From Oopsacas minuta (Eukaryota > Animalia > Porifera), in the NCBI GenBank assembly GCA_024704765.1, contig JAKMXF010000122.1, positions 124,001-188,000 of the forward strand: a stretch of 64,000 nucleotides of DNA. Direction: 5' to 3'. Of the stretch, positions 39,663-51,349 are shown piece by piece; within the stretch, counting starts at the first letter, position 1; each line of letters begins with the position of its first letter. A program made the position numbers and the translations under genes. The notes beneath the pieces were generated by a model. That model worked only from the letters and a program-made list of their open reading frames with translations. It did not search any database and was not told the origin of the DNA.

Positions 39663-39664
39663 TA

Positions 39665-40311
39665 CAAGGGCATTCAATATATACTAATCATCCTATATTT
39701 TTAATGTAATAGCAGTTCTAAGCTTGTATTTCTCAGTGCGATTATATAGAACTATATTTCAACTTTCTAACAAAACTTAGAGAGAGCTGATCACTTAATT
39801 ATTTCCTAAGTTTCAGTTATTTTTAGAAACCTACATTTTCTCCTTAGATTTTTCATAGCTTCTTGTCCGAATTTTTGGGAACTTGAACAACCAACGTACA
39901 TCAAATTTCGCACAATTCTCGAAATCTCTCCAAAGCCTATTCATGACGAGTTGGCAACGATATGTGGAGAAGATACTTATCGTATTCAACTATCAGAAGG
40001 TGGGTGAGCCTATTTAGGGAAGGTAGGACCTCTGTCCAAGACGCCCCTCGTCCTGGAGCACCAAAACTGGCGACCAACAATGACAAATTGAGTGAAGTAA
40101 AGGAATATGTCGCGTCTTTTCCGCATTCTTCGGTTGAGGAGGTAGCTAACTGTGTTGGCATTTCAACGGGAAGTGCACACACAATTCTGAACACGGATTT
40201 AGAACTGAGGAAGGTCCAAATGCGATGGATGCGACATTGCTTAACTTTTCCACAAAATGCCGCGAGACTCCAAATAGCTAAGGAAAACCTTGAGATCTAT
40301 GAAGGGAGTGC
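39665..40311 (+). mobile_element. Mariner copy 3 (5' half, mirror of copy 2), cut by the assembly gap
   Basis: TA|CAAGGGCATTCAAT at 39663; ORF 39962 onward is identical to 29739-30104 until the N. Confidence 0.92.
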
Positions 40312-40312
40312 N
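40312..40312. other. Single N: assembly gap / contig join
   Basis: Only ambiguous base I saw in the window; the sequence switches abruptly from mariner to unrelated DNA here. Confidence 0.9.
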
Positions 40313-40954
40313 TAATCATTAATATATGTAGATATATGCACGCTTTCGCGTTTGTAAACAATAAATTTTAATCACTATCAGCATGCAACAAACTATCAAA
40401 CTACTATTGTATATGGTCGTACATACTTTGAGAAAATAACTCGCACATTTTCGAGGTAGGTACAAACGTTGAGGAATTTTGAATATTGACCTTTATCGTT
40501 AGCAAAAGTATTACACGTACAGGTAATTCGATAGAAATATATAGAAATAAGTCTTCATACGTAGATACGTAGATAACAGTCAAATTTACATAGTCTACGT
40601 AAATTACGGAGATTTGGCAGCACTTCCTTTGGCTGGCACGAAGTGTTAGAAAGCGCGCACCGCAAGCAAGCGAAGTGGCTTGTTATTCTAGAATAGGAAA
40701 TTTCCTATCGCCGATAAATCGATAAATTAGTGTCAACAAGTGTCAAATCTAACTTGAATTTTTCCAAATATTACAAGATCTGTTCCCAAACATTTTAGTA
40801 ACGGAGGAATGTATGAACTTTCATTATATCAACATTTACCATATTCCTAGACAAAAATGGACAAATCGAAGACTCATTCTGCTTAGTTAATAACAACAGG
40901 CTATGATTCATATCGTAGTAACTTAGAGCACATTATTGTTTGCCACAAACTTAC

Positions 40955-41255
40955 TGAAAGTATCTTGATCAGTGACGTCATACACCATCATGATACCATG
41001 CGCACCTCTGAAATATCCTTTAAATGCACCCAGAGATTTCCCGAACCTGAAAGAAATGAATGTAGCCCATATCTGTAGCTTGATAGTTTTACCATCTACA
41101 TTAACAGTGTGGACTCTAAAGTCCACAGGACGCAGTCTAAAGTACTCAGTGTATGAATCTTCCACAAACCGTAGAAGGAGATTGGACTTTCCGACTCTTG
41201 AATCACCGACTATGAGAAGTTTGAATAGGTAGTCATAATTTACACTCATATTGAC
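40955..41255 (-). CDS. Rab1/Ypt1-like small GTPase exon (atypical, G2/G3 motifs lost)
   Basis: [27 protein letters not shown]...[10 protein letters not shown] and [16 protein letters not shown]; acceptor TTTTTTGTTCAG| before 41255; donor A|GTAAGT after 40955; ATG at 41249. Confidence 0.75.
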
Positions 41256-41487
41256 CTGAACAAAAAATGGCTTCGCTATAATCCCTGATGGTTTTATTAG
41301 ACGCGAAATACAACAATAATTTCGGGAATCAGGGCTGGATTAGGTTATGCCAGGCCTGGGTGTATAGATTAATGAAACTATCAAAAAAGTATTCTACATT
41401 ATTTAGGAATTTACATACTCAGAAAACAAAATTAAATACTAAATTGACATACATAATCATATGAAAACTCCTGAAATTTGATATATA

Positions 41488-42796
41488 CAGGGTGGCCCAT
41501 AAGTTCTGTCCCACAGATAAAAGGTCATAATTTTGGCAAAACTAACTGAAATGACTTAAAATCTTAACACAATAACGTACACATTATTTGGATAATAATA
41601 TATTAGGCTTATTCAATATATCCACCTTTTTTCTTAATTACAGCCCTAAGTCGTGAAGGAACCGCCTCTACTGCCATTCGCATGGTTTCCTGGGGGATTT
41701 CATTCCAAGCACGTACTATTGATCGCTTCAGGGCTTCCAAATTTTTATGGGATTTACAACAAGCCTTTGTTTGTAATATAGACCAAACTGAGAAGTCTAG
41801 AGGGTTAAGGTCCGGACTAGATGGGGGCCATTCCTGTTTGGAAATAAAGTCAGGAATTTCGGAGTGAAGCCAGCTTTGAGTGGTATTTGCTGTATGAGCA
41901 GGGGCACCGTCTTGTTGAAACAAAAAGGGTTCATTGTTAAACATCGACTTGCTAAGATCTTTGACTATAGGCTTTAGAACAAGGTTTTGGTAAGTTTGAG
42001 CATTTATTTTTACCCCAGTTGGGATGAAAACTATTGGAGTCCGGCCAAGTGAAGATATTCCAGCCCAAACCATAACAGAACATGGTTTCTGTACTCTTTT
42101 TACATATCTGTACTCCTCAGGGATGGTAGACGCTGTAGAAGACAATATTCTGTCGTTTTGTTGATTATAAGCTTCCTCTATCGTAAATAATTTCTCATCT
42201 GAGAACAAGACATGATCAAGACCTTGGATAGCGAACCGGTCAATGAGACCTTTGCTTCTCTTCAGCCTCTTCTTCTTCATTACCTTTGAAAGATAGTGTA
42301 CTTTACGTTTTTTAAATGAGGATAAACCCAGGTCTCTTTTGACAATTCTTTGGAGGGAAGAACGAGATACTTTGAGCTCTGTTGCCATTTTTCTCACGGA
42401 TCGACTGGGATTTCGCCATACACGACCTCTTACGATCTTCCTCATCCTTGTTATCGTTACAGATGCGGGACGACCAGATCTGGGCTTGTCAGAGACGCTG
42501 CCAGTATCTTTATACCTATTAATGGTACGGTATACAAACTTTCGCCTCGTTTTAGGAATATTGAGAATTTTCAAAATTTCACTTTGATCTTTCCCTTTGA
42601 TATTATTCGATAATTGTCAACCTTTCCGTTTCCATCGAGGAATTTGTCTAGCTAAAACTATGAGCTGTTAAGATGAACAGTTTAGAATAATTATAAGACT
42701 ATATAGAAGCTTGGAACGCAAAACCAATTACCTAGCTTTACCATAAAATCTATGGTTATGTATTAAAGTATGGGACAGAACTTATGGGCCACCCTG
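41488..42796 (-). mobile_element. DD37D maT (Bmmar1-like) element, 1309 bp
   Basis: Perfect 26-bp TIR CAGGGTGGCCCATAAGTTCTGTCCCA; TA flanks at 41486-87 and 42797-98. Confidence 0.97.
41609..42635 (-). pseudogene. DD37D transposase, open except for 5' lesions
   Basis: FSDEK, QQDGAPAH and SPDLNPLDF with 37 residues between D2 and D3; the likely ATG at 42635 (METERLTIIE) is followed by TAA at codon 11 and a frameshift at about codon 14; the remaining >320 codons are open. Confidence 0.9.
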
Positions 42797-44899
42797 TATG
42801 GAAATTGAGTTCTATTAATTTCTAGGCGTATTTACTATTTATAAAGAATCCATGTTGGGTAATAGCAAGGAATTGTGATGCTCCACTGTACTTGGTACTG
42901 AAAGATTCATCTCAATATTCAATGTACATACTATCATTGCATGATATGAATATAATAATGTAGTAGTTATGGGTGCATTTCTATAGTTTCAAATTTTTGT
43001 GAGAATACAAAATCTAAGTGTTAAAGGTAACCTAAGATGATTTGCTCATATCATATAATGTAGTTATATGATCAGAAATCATAATCGTAGGTATATATTT
43101 AAGAAATCTCATACGATAGTAATAATTCAATACTTTAGCGTACTTATGTTGTTTCTTAAGTTCGAAATTCGGACTTAGTTCATAGAAATGTTGGGATTAT
43201 CACTTAAGTTCATAATTTTCTTCCTAGTGAAATGACTGCCTTTGTCAGCAAGAATCAGTTGCAGTATAGTTGTTTTCACTGGGCATTATGGTTATATGTG
43301 GCCTATAATCAAATTCGATTTAGAAAGGAAAATCCATATATATATGGCCATTGGCGGATTCAGGTATGCAGCCTCCACCAGCATAATTCTATATTATATA
43401 GAATAATTGTCGTTTTGAGATATTTGTCATTACACTGAAATATTCGCTAAAATTGCAATCCGTGAATACGATTATCCTTCACCAGCAGTTCCTGGATCCC
43501 TGACATCCGTTTTGCTCCTTCCTAAATTTGGCAGTCAACACCTATATACAGAGATTTCAACACAGACACCAATACAAGGGTTTCATACAGGATTTGGATG
43601 CAAGGGGCCAATTTGGGATAGTCATTTTAAGGGGGGGGGGGCAGTTACTAAATTACATCTCTTCACTTTATCAATCAGTGAAAACTTATTGCTGCGTTTT
43701 TATTTTGATGAAGGTTTGTCCTGTGATACTTGATTGTTCATGTAATTACCTGTAGGATGTGTGGTTATACAGTGTGTAACCTGTATAATTGCCACTCAGT
43801 ATAATTTCGGTTAACAGCACGTACTCAAACTGTCACTAGAGTTCTCTGATTAGCCTTAAACTACTCTTTATGTTATATTCACTATATTAGCCTCACGATA
43901 CATGATTGGGGATCTTTTGTTCATCTCTTGAAACAAGTAGACTCGAAAGCGACAAAGCCTCTAGTTCTAGCAGAAATTCGGATGATAGGACTGATGTATC
44001 TCATCCTAAAATCATTCAATTTGTTTCAGAAATAACTGAGCCCAGAAGAAAGGCACAAAGGAAGTACATTATTTAGTGGGAGAAGGTATATTATAGTTAG
44101 AATATAGTGACGAGGATTAGGGTGCCTTTTGCAGATTATTCAAGACATTGAGTAGGACAGTCAAATTTGATATTACAATAGGCTAGACTATGAAAACGAT
44201 ACTTGTATTGTACTATTGTCCTGGTTATACACCTTATTGTTGAAATAAAATGATTAAATTGTGAAATAATGACAATAATGACAATAATGACGAAATCAGT
44301 GCGGTATCCAATTCAGAAGCTGGCGGTTCAGCTGAAACATATTTTTAACTAACAGTGGCCTAATTAGTCAATTTCCTGGCATCTTGTGTTAACTGGCACT
44401 ATTTATTCGTATCTCAGAATACCAAATTAAGTGAATGACACTAAATAATTCGTGTACATACATCGAGGCTCTATTTGGAATTATTGGTTCGTGTCCAAAC
44501 TTTGTTAAGAGCATCTCTTGTTACTCTTTGACAATATGACTATTGTTAACTTAAAAAGAAGTGTATTCCAGTTTTTTTCATTTTTTGGCGCCAAATTACA
44601 CTTAGAAGTGGCACTTTAATGTGGTACTACTCTAATGTTTCAGTTCTGGGCCTATTTAAATGCACATATCTCCTTCAGTTTAAAATCTATACGAATTTAT
44701 GTCGATATTCGCAATCTCGAAAGATTTCCCCTCGTTTGAGTGGTCACTTGACTATATTCGAGAATATCCTCTCCCAGCAACGTGGGAATGTCTCACGAAG
44801 GTGGCAACATTCCATTCTCAAAGTTTACCCTTGCCCTATCGAGCACCCATTGTTCGATCCCGCTAAGCTAGCTGAGCCTACTTATACACATATCGACCT

Positions 44900-45470
44900 T
44901 TTAAACGACCTTTAACACGATTTCTCTATATTATCCTCCGCGTCCCCCAATATCTTTCCCATTTTTCGTAGGACATATAGTTTGATCCCATCCAAGAAGT
45001 GCAAGGTCGAGCTCTGAGATGAATCGAAGTACACTTACAATATGAGCGAGCACAGCGCGTTAGTCTTCACATTCAGACTCATACTCTTGAATTAATCTTT
45101 ATCAATCCGTCCGCTAATGTCTTTGTGAGCAGTTAAGGCTATAACCGAGGCACGGTGGCTTTGCCCATTTTCATGTCAGTAATCTTTTTTTCACCCTTTC
45201 TCCAGTTGCTAAACCGGTAGCAAATGGGCTATTATCATCTGGATCACCGAACAACTTGCTAGAAACCAAAATAAGAATTTATTCGGTAGAGAATAACACA
45301 GCTAACTGCGATCAATTTTAGCAACGGTAAGTTTGAAGACACGAGTAATATATGAGGGTGACAGCGGCTTGTAAAACTCTCCATTCCAAAGAACTGCACT
45401 GCTCGGATTGAAATTAGCATCTGCTTTTGGTAATGGGAGCTGCCTCTATCCGCCAAGTATTCGCGCATCG
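44900..45470 (-). pseudogene. ZMYM1-like hAT transposase N-terminal relic (TTF zinc finger + DUF4371)
   Basis: LCYS...NK, SPFATG, NWRKGEKKITD, SHRASVIAL, RIDKD and IVSVLRFISELDLAL across frameshifted minus-strand frames. Confidence 0.6.
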
Positions 45471-48400
45471 GTTCGCTTATTTTCTGTCACAAAACAATAT
45501 CATTGACGTACTAATTTAAATCTGTCCAAAATTCAACCTCCACGAGTTGAGCTGGAATGTTTAGCCAACGATTCCTCTATCATATCTATATGCATGAACT
45601 CACTCATAACTTAGAGAACATCAGTATTATTCAAAAGAGGCGAAATTTATTTGTGTATTATCAGTAAATCGTTCCAAACCCATTTATTCACAAATTATAC
45701 TAATTTTTCTATGCGTTCCTGTATACATATAAACCATTTCTCCTTTACATAGTATATAATGTGCCAAAGTCGATATAACCGATGTGATTTGGCTGCATCA
45801 GGTATGGAATTAGTGTCGATTTATTCGAGGTGTCGTTATCTAGCCTGTCGTTATACCCGATGAATTTTCTGTAGAAAACATTTCGCGGATTCGGGGGCTA
45901 GATAAAAGTATCGTTATCAGCAATTTTTCGCTAAAATCCAATCTCCTTAAATCCGAAGTTTACTGCAACTACTGTTGTTATGTTTAATAAGATTTCTTGT
46001 CAATATTCGATATTTAATAAAAGAGTATGCATTGCGTGGGGTTGGAGGAAATTTCGAAAGTCATTATCGAGAGACTGTTTACTCGGACCCCTAGATTATT
46101 TAGCCCACTTTCTACCGTACTAACGTACTAGATTTAAGCTATTAATGCACTATTTGATCTTAATTAAGACATTGTGTTGCCTGAGAACGTATTTCACCTG
46201 CAATAGAAACAATACCTGAGATTGTGATTAATATTGTAAATCACAGCGCTGTATCAATCAATTTTATTTGGCAAAATCAACTCACTTTTCGAATGATTAG
46301 AATGAGTTTAATCGGTCGTTATCCGTAGAATGATATAGTTGATAACTCGAATCTGACTTGGAGGTATGGAGAGTAGGTAGGTATTTGCACTTAGATTATT
46401 TAAGGAAATGATGAAGCAACATATTTTGCTTCAGTCCCAGCAATAACTTAGTGAATAGTTTGTTAAACTCATGATTTCCAGTTTAACTGTTTGCTATACA
46501 AATGTGTTGGTACAGTAAAAGATAATTAGTTGAAGTAGTTTGTTGATACATTGAATGAGTTTGTAGATAAAAATTTGATCTTTTTGCAAACTCAAAATGA
46601 GTGTTTTATATATATTTATTCGTATAATCGTAAATGTTTGTTTATATTATTTATTTCTCTTTCAGATTCTGATCCACTCCACAATGATGAAACAAATTCG
46701 AGGTCGTCGAATGAGTTTGAGTCTTCATCGACTAAATCAATGTTAGTTTCATTACCTCAAGAATATAGCGTATTCCCTACATATATAGGATAAACTACAA
46801 ATACTCAGAATTCGTAACTATAGACATTTCACCATTTAACAGCTCTGATAAACCATCACACTGGTGATCGTTTATCAAAGCTTTAAATATGCAGATATTT
46901 TTCAACATATTACTCATTTGACCAAACAGATGACGTCATTTCGTTGTGAATATTGGGATGACAAGGTATTTTCTATCAATAATACATTTATTCGAGCCAA
47001 AATATATGATTTGGATATTCTCTAGAATACGAATATTATAACTCAAATTTATTTGGCCTGAATATTATTCCATGGTACATGGAGGAAAATTGATTCATAG
47101 TTTCATAGGATCTGATGCTTGTATAATTTGATAAATTACACTGTTCTGCAGCAAATTTGGTGCATGAACAAATATTTTCGTGTTTGGTCATGGACTATCC
47201 ATATTCCTAAAATTTATTATGTTTCTCTCTATCTGATCTGGGTCTTTTACAAATTCATTTCAATTATTGTAATAATTTGCAAATTTCAATTTTCCTATAA
47301 TGTCTTGAGGAAGTATATATTTAAATGTTTATTAATATTCCGGAAATAAGGTCGATATTTTCAAATACATACTGTTTGAAACCTCGAAGAACTATTGGAC
47401 TATGTGACTTAACATTGTTCCAGACTAAAGATGGGAAAACTTTCAGATTATATATTTCGGCCCACTTTGGCTCTTTTTAAATACTGAACTAATTCATTGT
47501 ATATTTACTAATTCCTTAAAAATCAAATGAAATTGGACAATAATGATTGCACACTTGAATTCTATAATTCTGAATTAACCAGGATGAATCTTTAGAATAG
47601 TTTGACCACATAGTTTTGGGTTGTTAGCATTTTATTATTTGCCATACTTCTGATGTGAACGCAATGTTGCCAAAATCGAATTTATTTCCAACTCTATCAA
47701 ATACTCGTAATTAATTTTTGAGATAATTTCCCTTTATAATTTCCCGTTGTTTTTCAAATTTTCCTGTTATTTGCTGCTTCTGCCACTTGCAACATTAAAA
47801 TGTTTACAGAAACTCTTTTTCTAACTTCTGAACAATATTTGCTCTAAACCTATCTAAATATTCATACTTGGGTAATGTAGACCGTAGAATTCATATTTGC
47901 TACCACAATTGCGATATTTCCTGTGTTTAGGCAATTGGTACTTGAATATTTAAGTAGTTTGAACTTTCCTGAATTTAGAAACATAGTTCAGCTGTTCTTT
48001 GTTGTAACCAATCTAATGTATTAGCAAAGATTCGCCGTATGGCTATCTAAATACTTATTTACTGTTGTTGAATTCTATTTCCCTAATATTATATTTATGT
48101 ATCTTCACTTAATTGAAAAATTCCAAACTAACTTGCATTCTTAAATCATAAATATATATTTGTTACGGTATTGACCTAAATTCTGTACATTGTGTCAATC
48201 TATGTACGTTAACATCTACATAGCATTAGCGATATATCTATTAGATATTTACTGAATTGCTCTAAACGAGATCTGTAGAACTCATAACATAAGTCTTTAG
48301 GGCTTAATAGTTACACTCTATCCAAGAATTATTTCACCAGGGCTCATTATGACTTGATCTAGCATTATTCATAGTTCTATAATTGTTAGTGAAATATTTG

Positions 48401-50191
48401 ATTTCAACAACTGTCATATCTTTATTATTACTCAGGAATAGAAACATCCAAGCTGATAACACCAAGCAGATGTTAAAAATCAATAGAAATTTGTTACTCT
48501 TAACAGTTATGGCTAAAGATTTTTTCCATTTGTCTTTTTGATGGCCTTAGTATTCGATCCGATTGGTCAGGCTTTTACAAGACCAATATCTGGACTGTTA
48601 TACTATAATATTAGTCAACCGGACTAGCTTTCCACAGGGTGTCAAAATCGTAATTATGGAGAAATAGGTATTTCCGTAACAAATAATAAAATAGCATTTC
48701 AAATGTAGTAATTGACATTGTAGAATTCAAAGTATATTCACTTTCCTTCAGCATATCTGTAAATGTGACTATCACTTAATTCACAGGATTTTCTTCTGAA
48801 TTTTTTTGTGGCTCATAATACATTAGCTTATATTTTTTGCTAAATGTACATCATATTTAAGAATTATGAATCTTGTATAATAAGGTAATTTAAGATTTGA
48901 TTTTAAGTTCAGTACACTCCATCAATTCACAATAATGAATTCGAATGTTTATATTGATCAATATTAAATCATATTATCACAAAATTATAATTCATCCAAT
49001 CTTTGTTATCTTCTATGCCTTAGGAGTTTAGATGTTTATGTTTAGATCTCGAGTCTTCTGGGATATCGTTTGGAAAACTATTGAAAATATATTTGTACTA
49101 ATTGCATACTACATATCCCATATGAAACCAGTTATGATGAGATGTTTGAACACCCAAATCCCTCCTTGGATACGCCACTGCATGTAATGAGTGTCTCCCT
49201 GTGGTTATAGAAAATAAATACACGTATAGATTCTATATACTAATAACTATGACTATACTCCAGTTCATGCTAATTTGTAATCTCGCCTCCCCAGGATCAG
49301 CCCCTTGCTCAGCAAACAGCAAGAAATGATGTGTCCAATTTGACTATTTTAGGAGACCTGGATACAAATGGATCTTTTTCTACCATCTTCGTACAATTCG
49401 TCAAATTCAGGGCCCCAGGTCTTATGTTGAGGTAGTCCCCACCTTTCGTTGTAGATCCAGCCCAGCGGAACGCAGAATATGGATTACATTTGAATAAACT
49501 TGATAGTGGGATTTTAATGTCCATGATATCATGTTATCCTTCTTATACACTAGTATATTTTTCTTTTATTTTATACACTTTGTTTTCATCATAACCTCTT
49601 AATCAAATTTCAGCCTTAAGTTCCATATCTTATTCCTCGATCTCAATCTAAATTTTCTTAAAGTAAATTTTGGTAACTGACGACTAATACGTTTTCAATC
49701 ATTTTTATTTGTTGGTTTATCATCCTGAAACACAAGAGCCCTGCTTCAAGTGAATCCATAAACGTTAGACAAATGGCAAAAGCATGTACTGTCGCCAAGT
49801 AAGCGTGTTTATCCGCCCCCTATCTCCTCTGGGCAAATGCGATTATTCTACGCCTATGGCAGCTACACACTCTTCTCAAATCACATCTCCTCTCAAGCCC
49901 TCTAGTTCTCTGAATGGACTCACAATTATCCACATGATCCGATCTGGTAATATTTGTTCGATTCTTGGACAAATTGTGTAGAATTGGGGATACTTTGGGA
50001 TTATTGTGCTTTACGGCATGGATATTTAGTTTTCTAAGTGAGGAATTCAACGATATATTTCTTGAATAATCAATTATTTTGCTGAATTTGAACATCAAAC
50101 TTAGTTATCGCTGTGATGAATTAACATCTTGAATTGTTTCTCTGAGGAAAAATGTATTTCATACTTATATATTCGACCACTAAACTTTGGG

Positions 50192-50311
50192 CAGCGGTTC
50201 CTAACCCTTTCATCCGTGGGCCTCATATACCAATATTAGCACATTCTGTGGACCTCCTGCTGTCGTTCGTGGACCACCAACGTGCCATGACCCGCAGGTT
50301 GGGAACCGTAG
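50192..50311. mobile_element. Small Charlie/Buster-like hAT MITE (120 bp)
   Basis: CAGCGGTTCCTAACC / GGTTGGGAACCGTAG; flanking 8-mers match 5/8. Confidence 0.5.
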
Positions 50312-51349
50312 CCTTAGGACATATTGAAATAATCAAACATTGGATGAAGTGGCTGTACAGATTGACTGAGTAAATCCCCGTTATAAGACATTTTAGGCTG
50401 ATATTATATGAGAGAAATTAGGGTCTATCAGGGGATTCGTTTTCTCGATTTCCCCTCTTATAGGGGTTCTACTCTATTGATGGATAATAATCAAGACAAG
50501 CATCTTTTCCCAATATTTTCGGATTGAAATGACAGTCAACTGTTTGGTTAATTCAGTTATAAGTTGTTAGAATGCACCACTCTTCAAGCTCTGATATTTG
50601 ATCACTAGTACGTCTTCTATTCCATAATTGATATCACGTCATCTTAGGATCTTTATATATAGAATTTATTTTTGAATAATGGAGATGTCACGTTATTAAT
50701 TTATACTAGATACTATGGATGGCACATAATCTCCCACTATCCACTTAAACTCGATTGTGGCGAGAGTTTTGATCAAATCATTCCAACCAATGTGTCTACA
50801 TAGCCAACGTCCCATACGATTGTAATACATTTTGATACGATATCTCTATGGCAGTATCCTGTTGCTACTATTAAGATTATGAGTTTATGTACTCGAGGGT
50901 CATAGGCTTGAGTGTGGACTGTGGGTACGAAGTGTTCGCAACCGCGTAAGCTAGCTAGTAAAATAATATATTCTAATGACGAGTAAAAGTCAGTCAACAT
51001 CAGTCTTCAAAAGTCCTCAAATGCACTTACATCCATAAACTATTCTTCAACTATAACCGATACTACTTTATATGGTTCTAAAGATTTAAGCCTACAGATC
51101 CCAAAAGGGTAGCCGAGTCCCATAAGAAGAGAGCGAAGATCTTGAAACACTTGATAGTTGGCCGTCACGAACTAAATTTGTAAATACTTTATGAATGCAA
51201 CAGGCAGTTGATTTCGGTCTGAATGGTGCAAGTAATATGAATGGCTAGAGTATAGTATACTCCAAATTAATGTATTTGGTTTGCTTGCCGTCACTTTTCT
51301 ACTTCAACTTTTAAATCGAAACTCTCTTTCAGTACCAAAGGATTTTCTA

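Larger units (their letters stand above)
29755..40311. repeat. ~10.56-kb palindrome (inverted duplication, ~5.26-kb arms)
   Basis: Every ORF is mirrored with coordinate sum 70066 and identical translation (e.g. 34583-35002/35064-35483, 30550-30987/39079-39516); spacer at 35022-35048; right arm ends at the N at 40312. Confidence 0.98.

Noticed and set aside
40770-40850. Possible second Rab exon: W...I...GNR on the minus strand spaced like Rab1 WLQEI...GNK (18 codons from W to G)
   Set aside because: It has three in-frame stops, low identity and no acceptor giving a clean phase-1 join; it may be chance or a dead exon.
44040-44150. RKAQRKYII*WEKVYYS.EYSDED*GAFCRLF, resembling a hAT TTF zinc-finger start
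   Set aside because: Too short and degenerate to annotate.
46650-46793. Possible terminal exon after a polypyrimidine/CAG acceptor (DSDPLHNDETNSRSS...)
   Set aside because: Short and low-complexity, with no recognisable domain or upstream exon.
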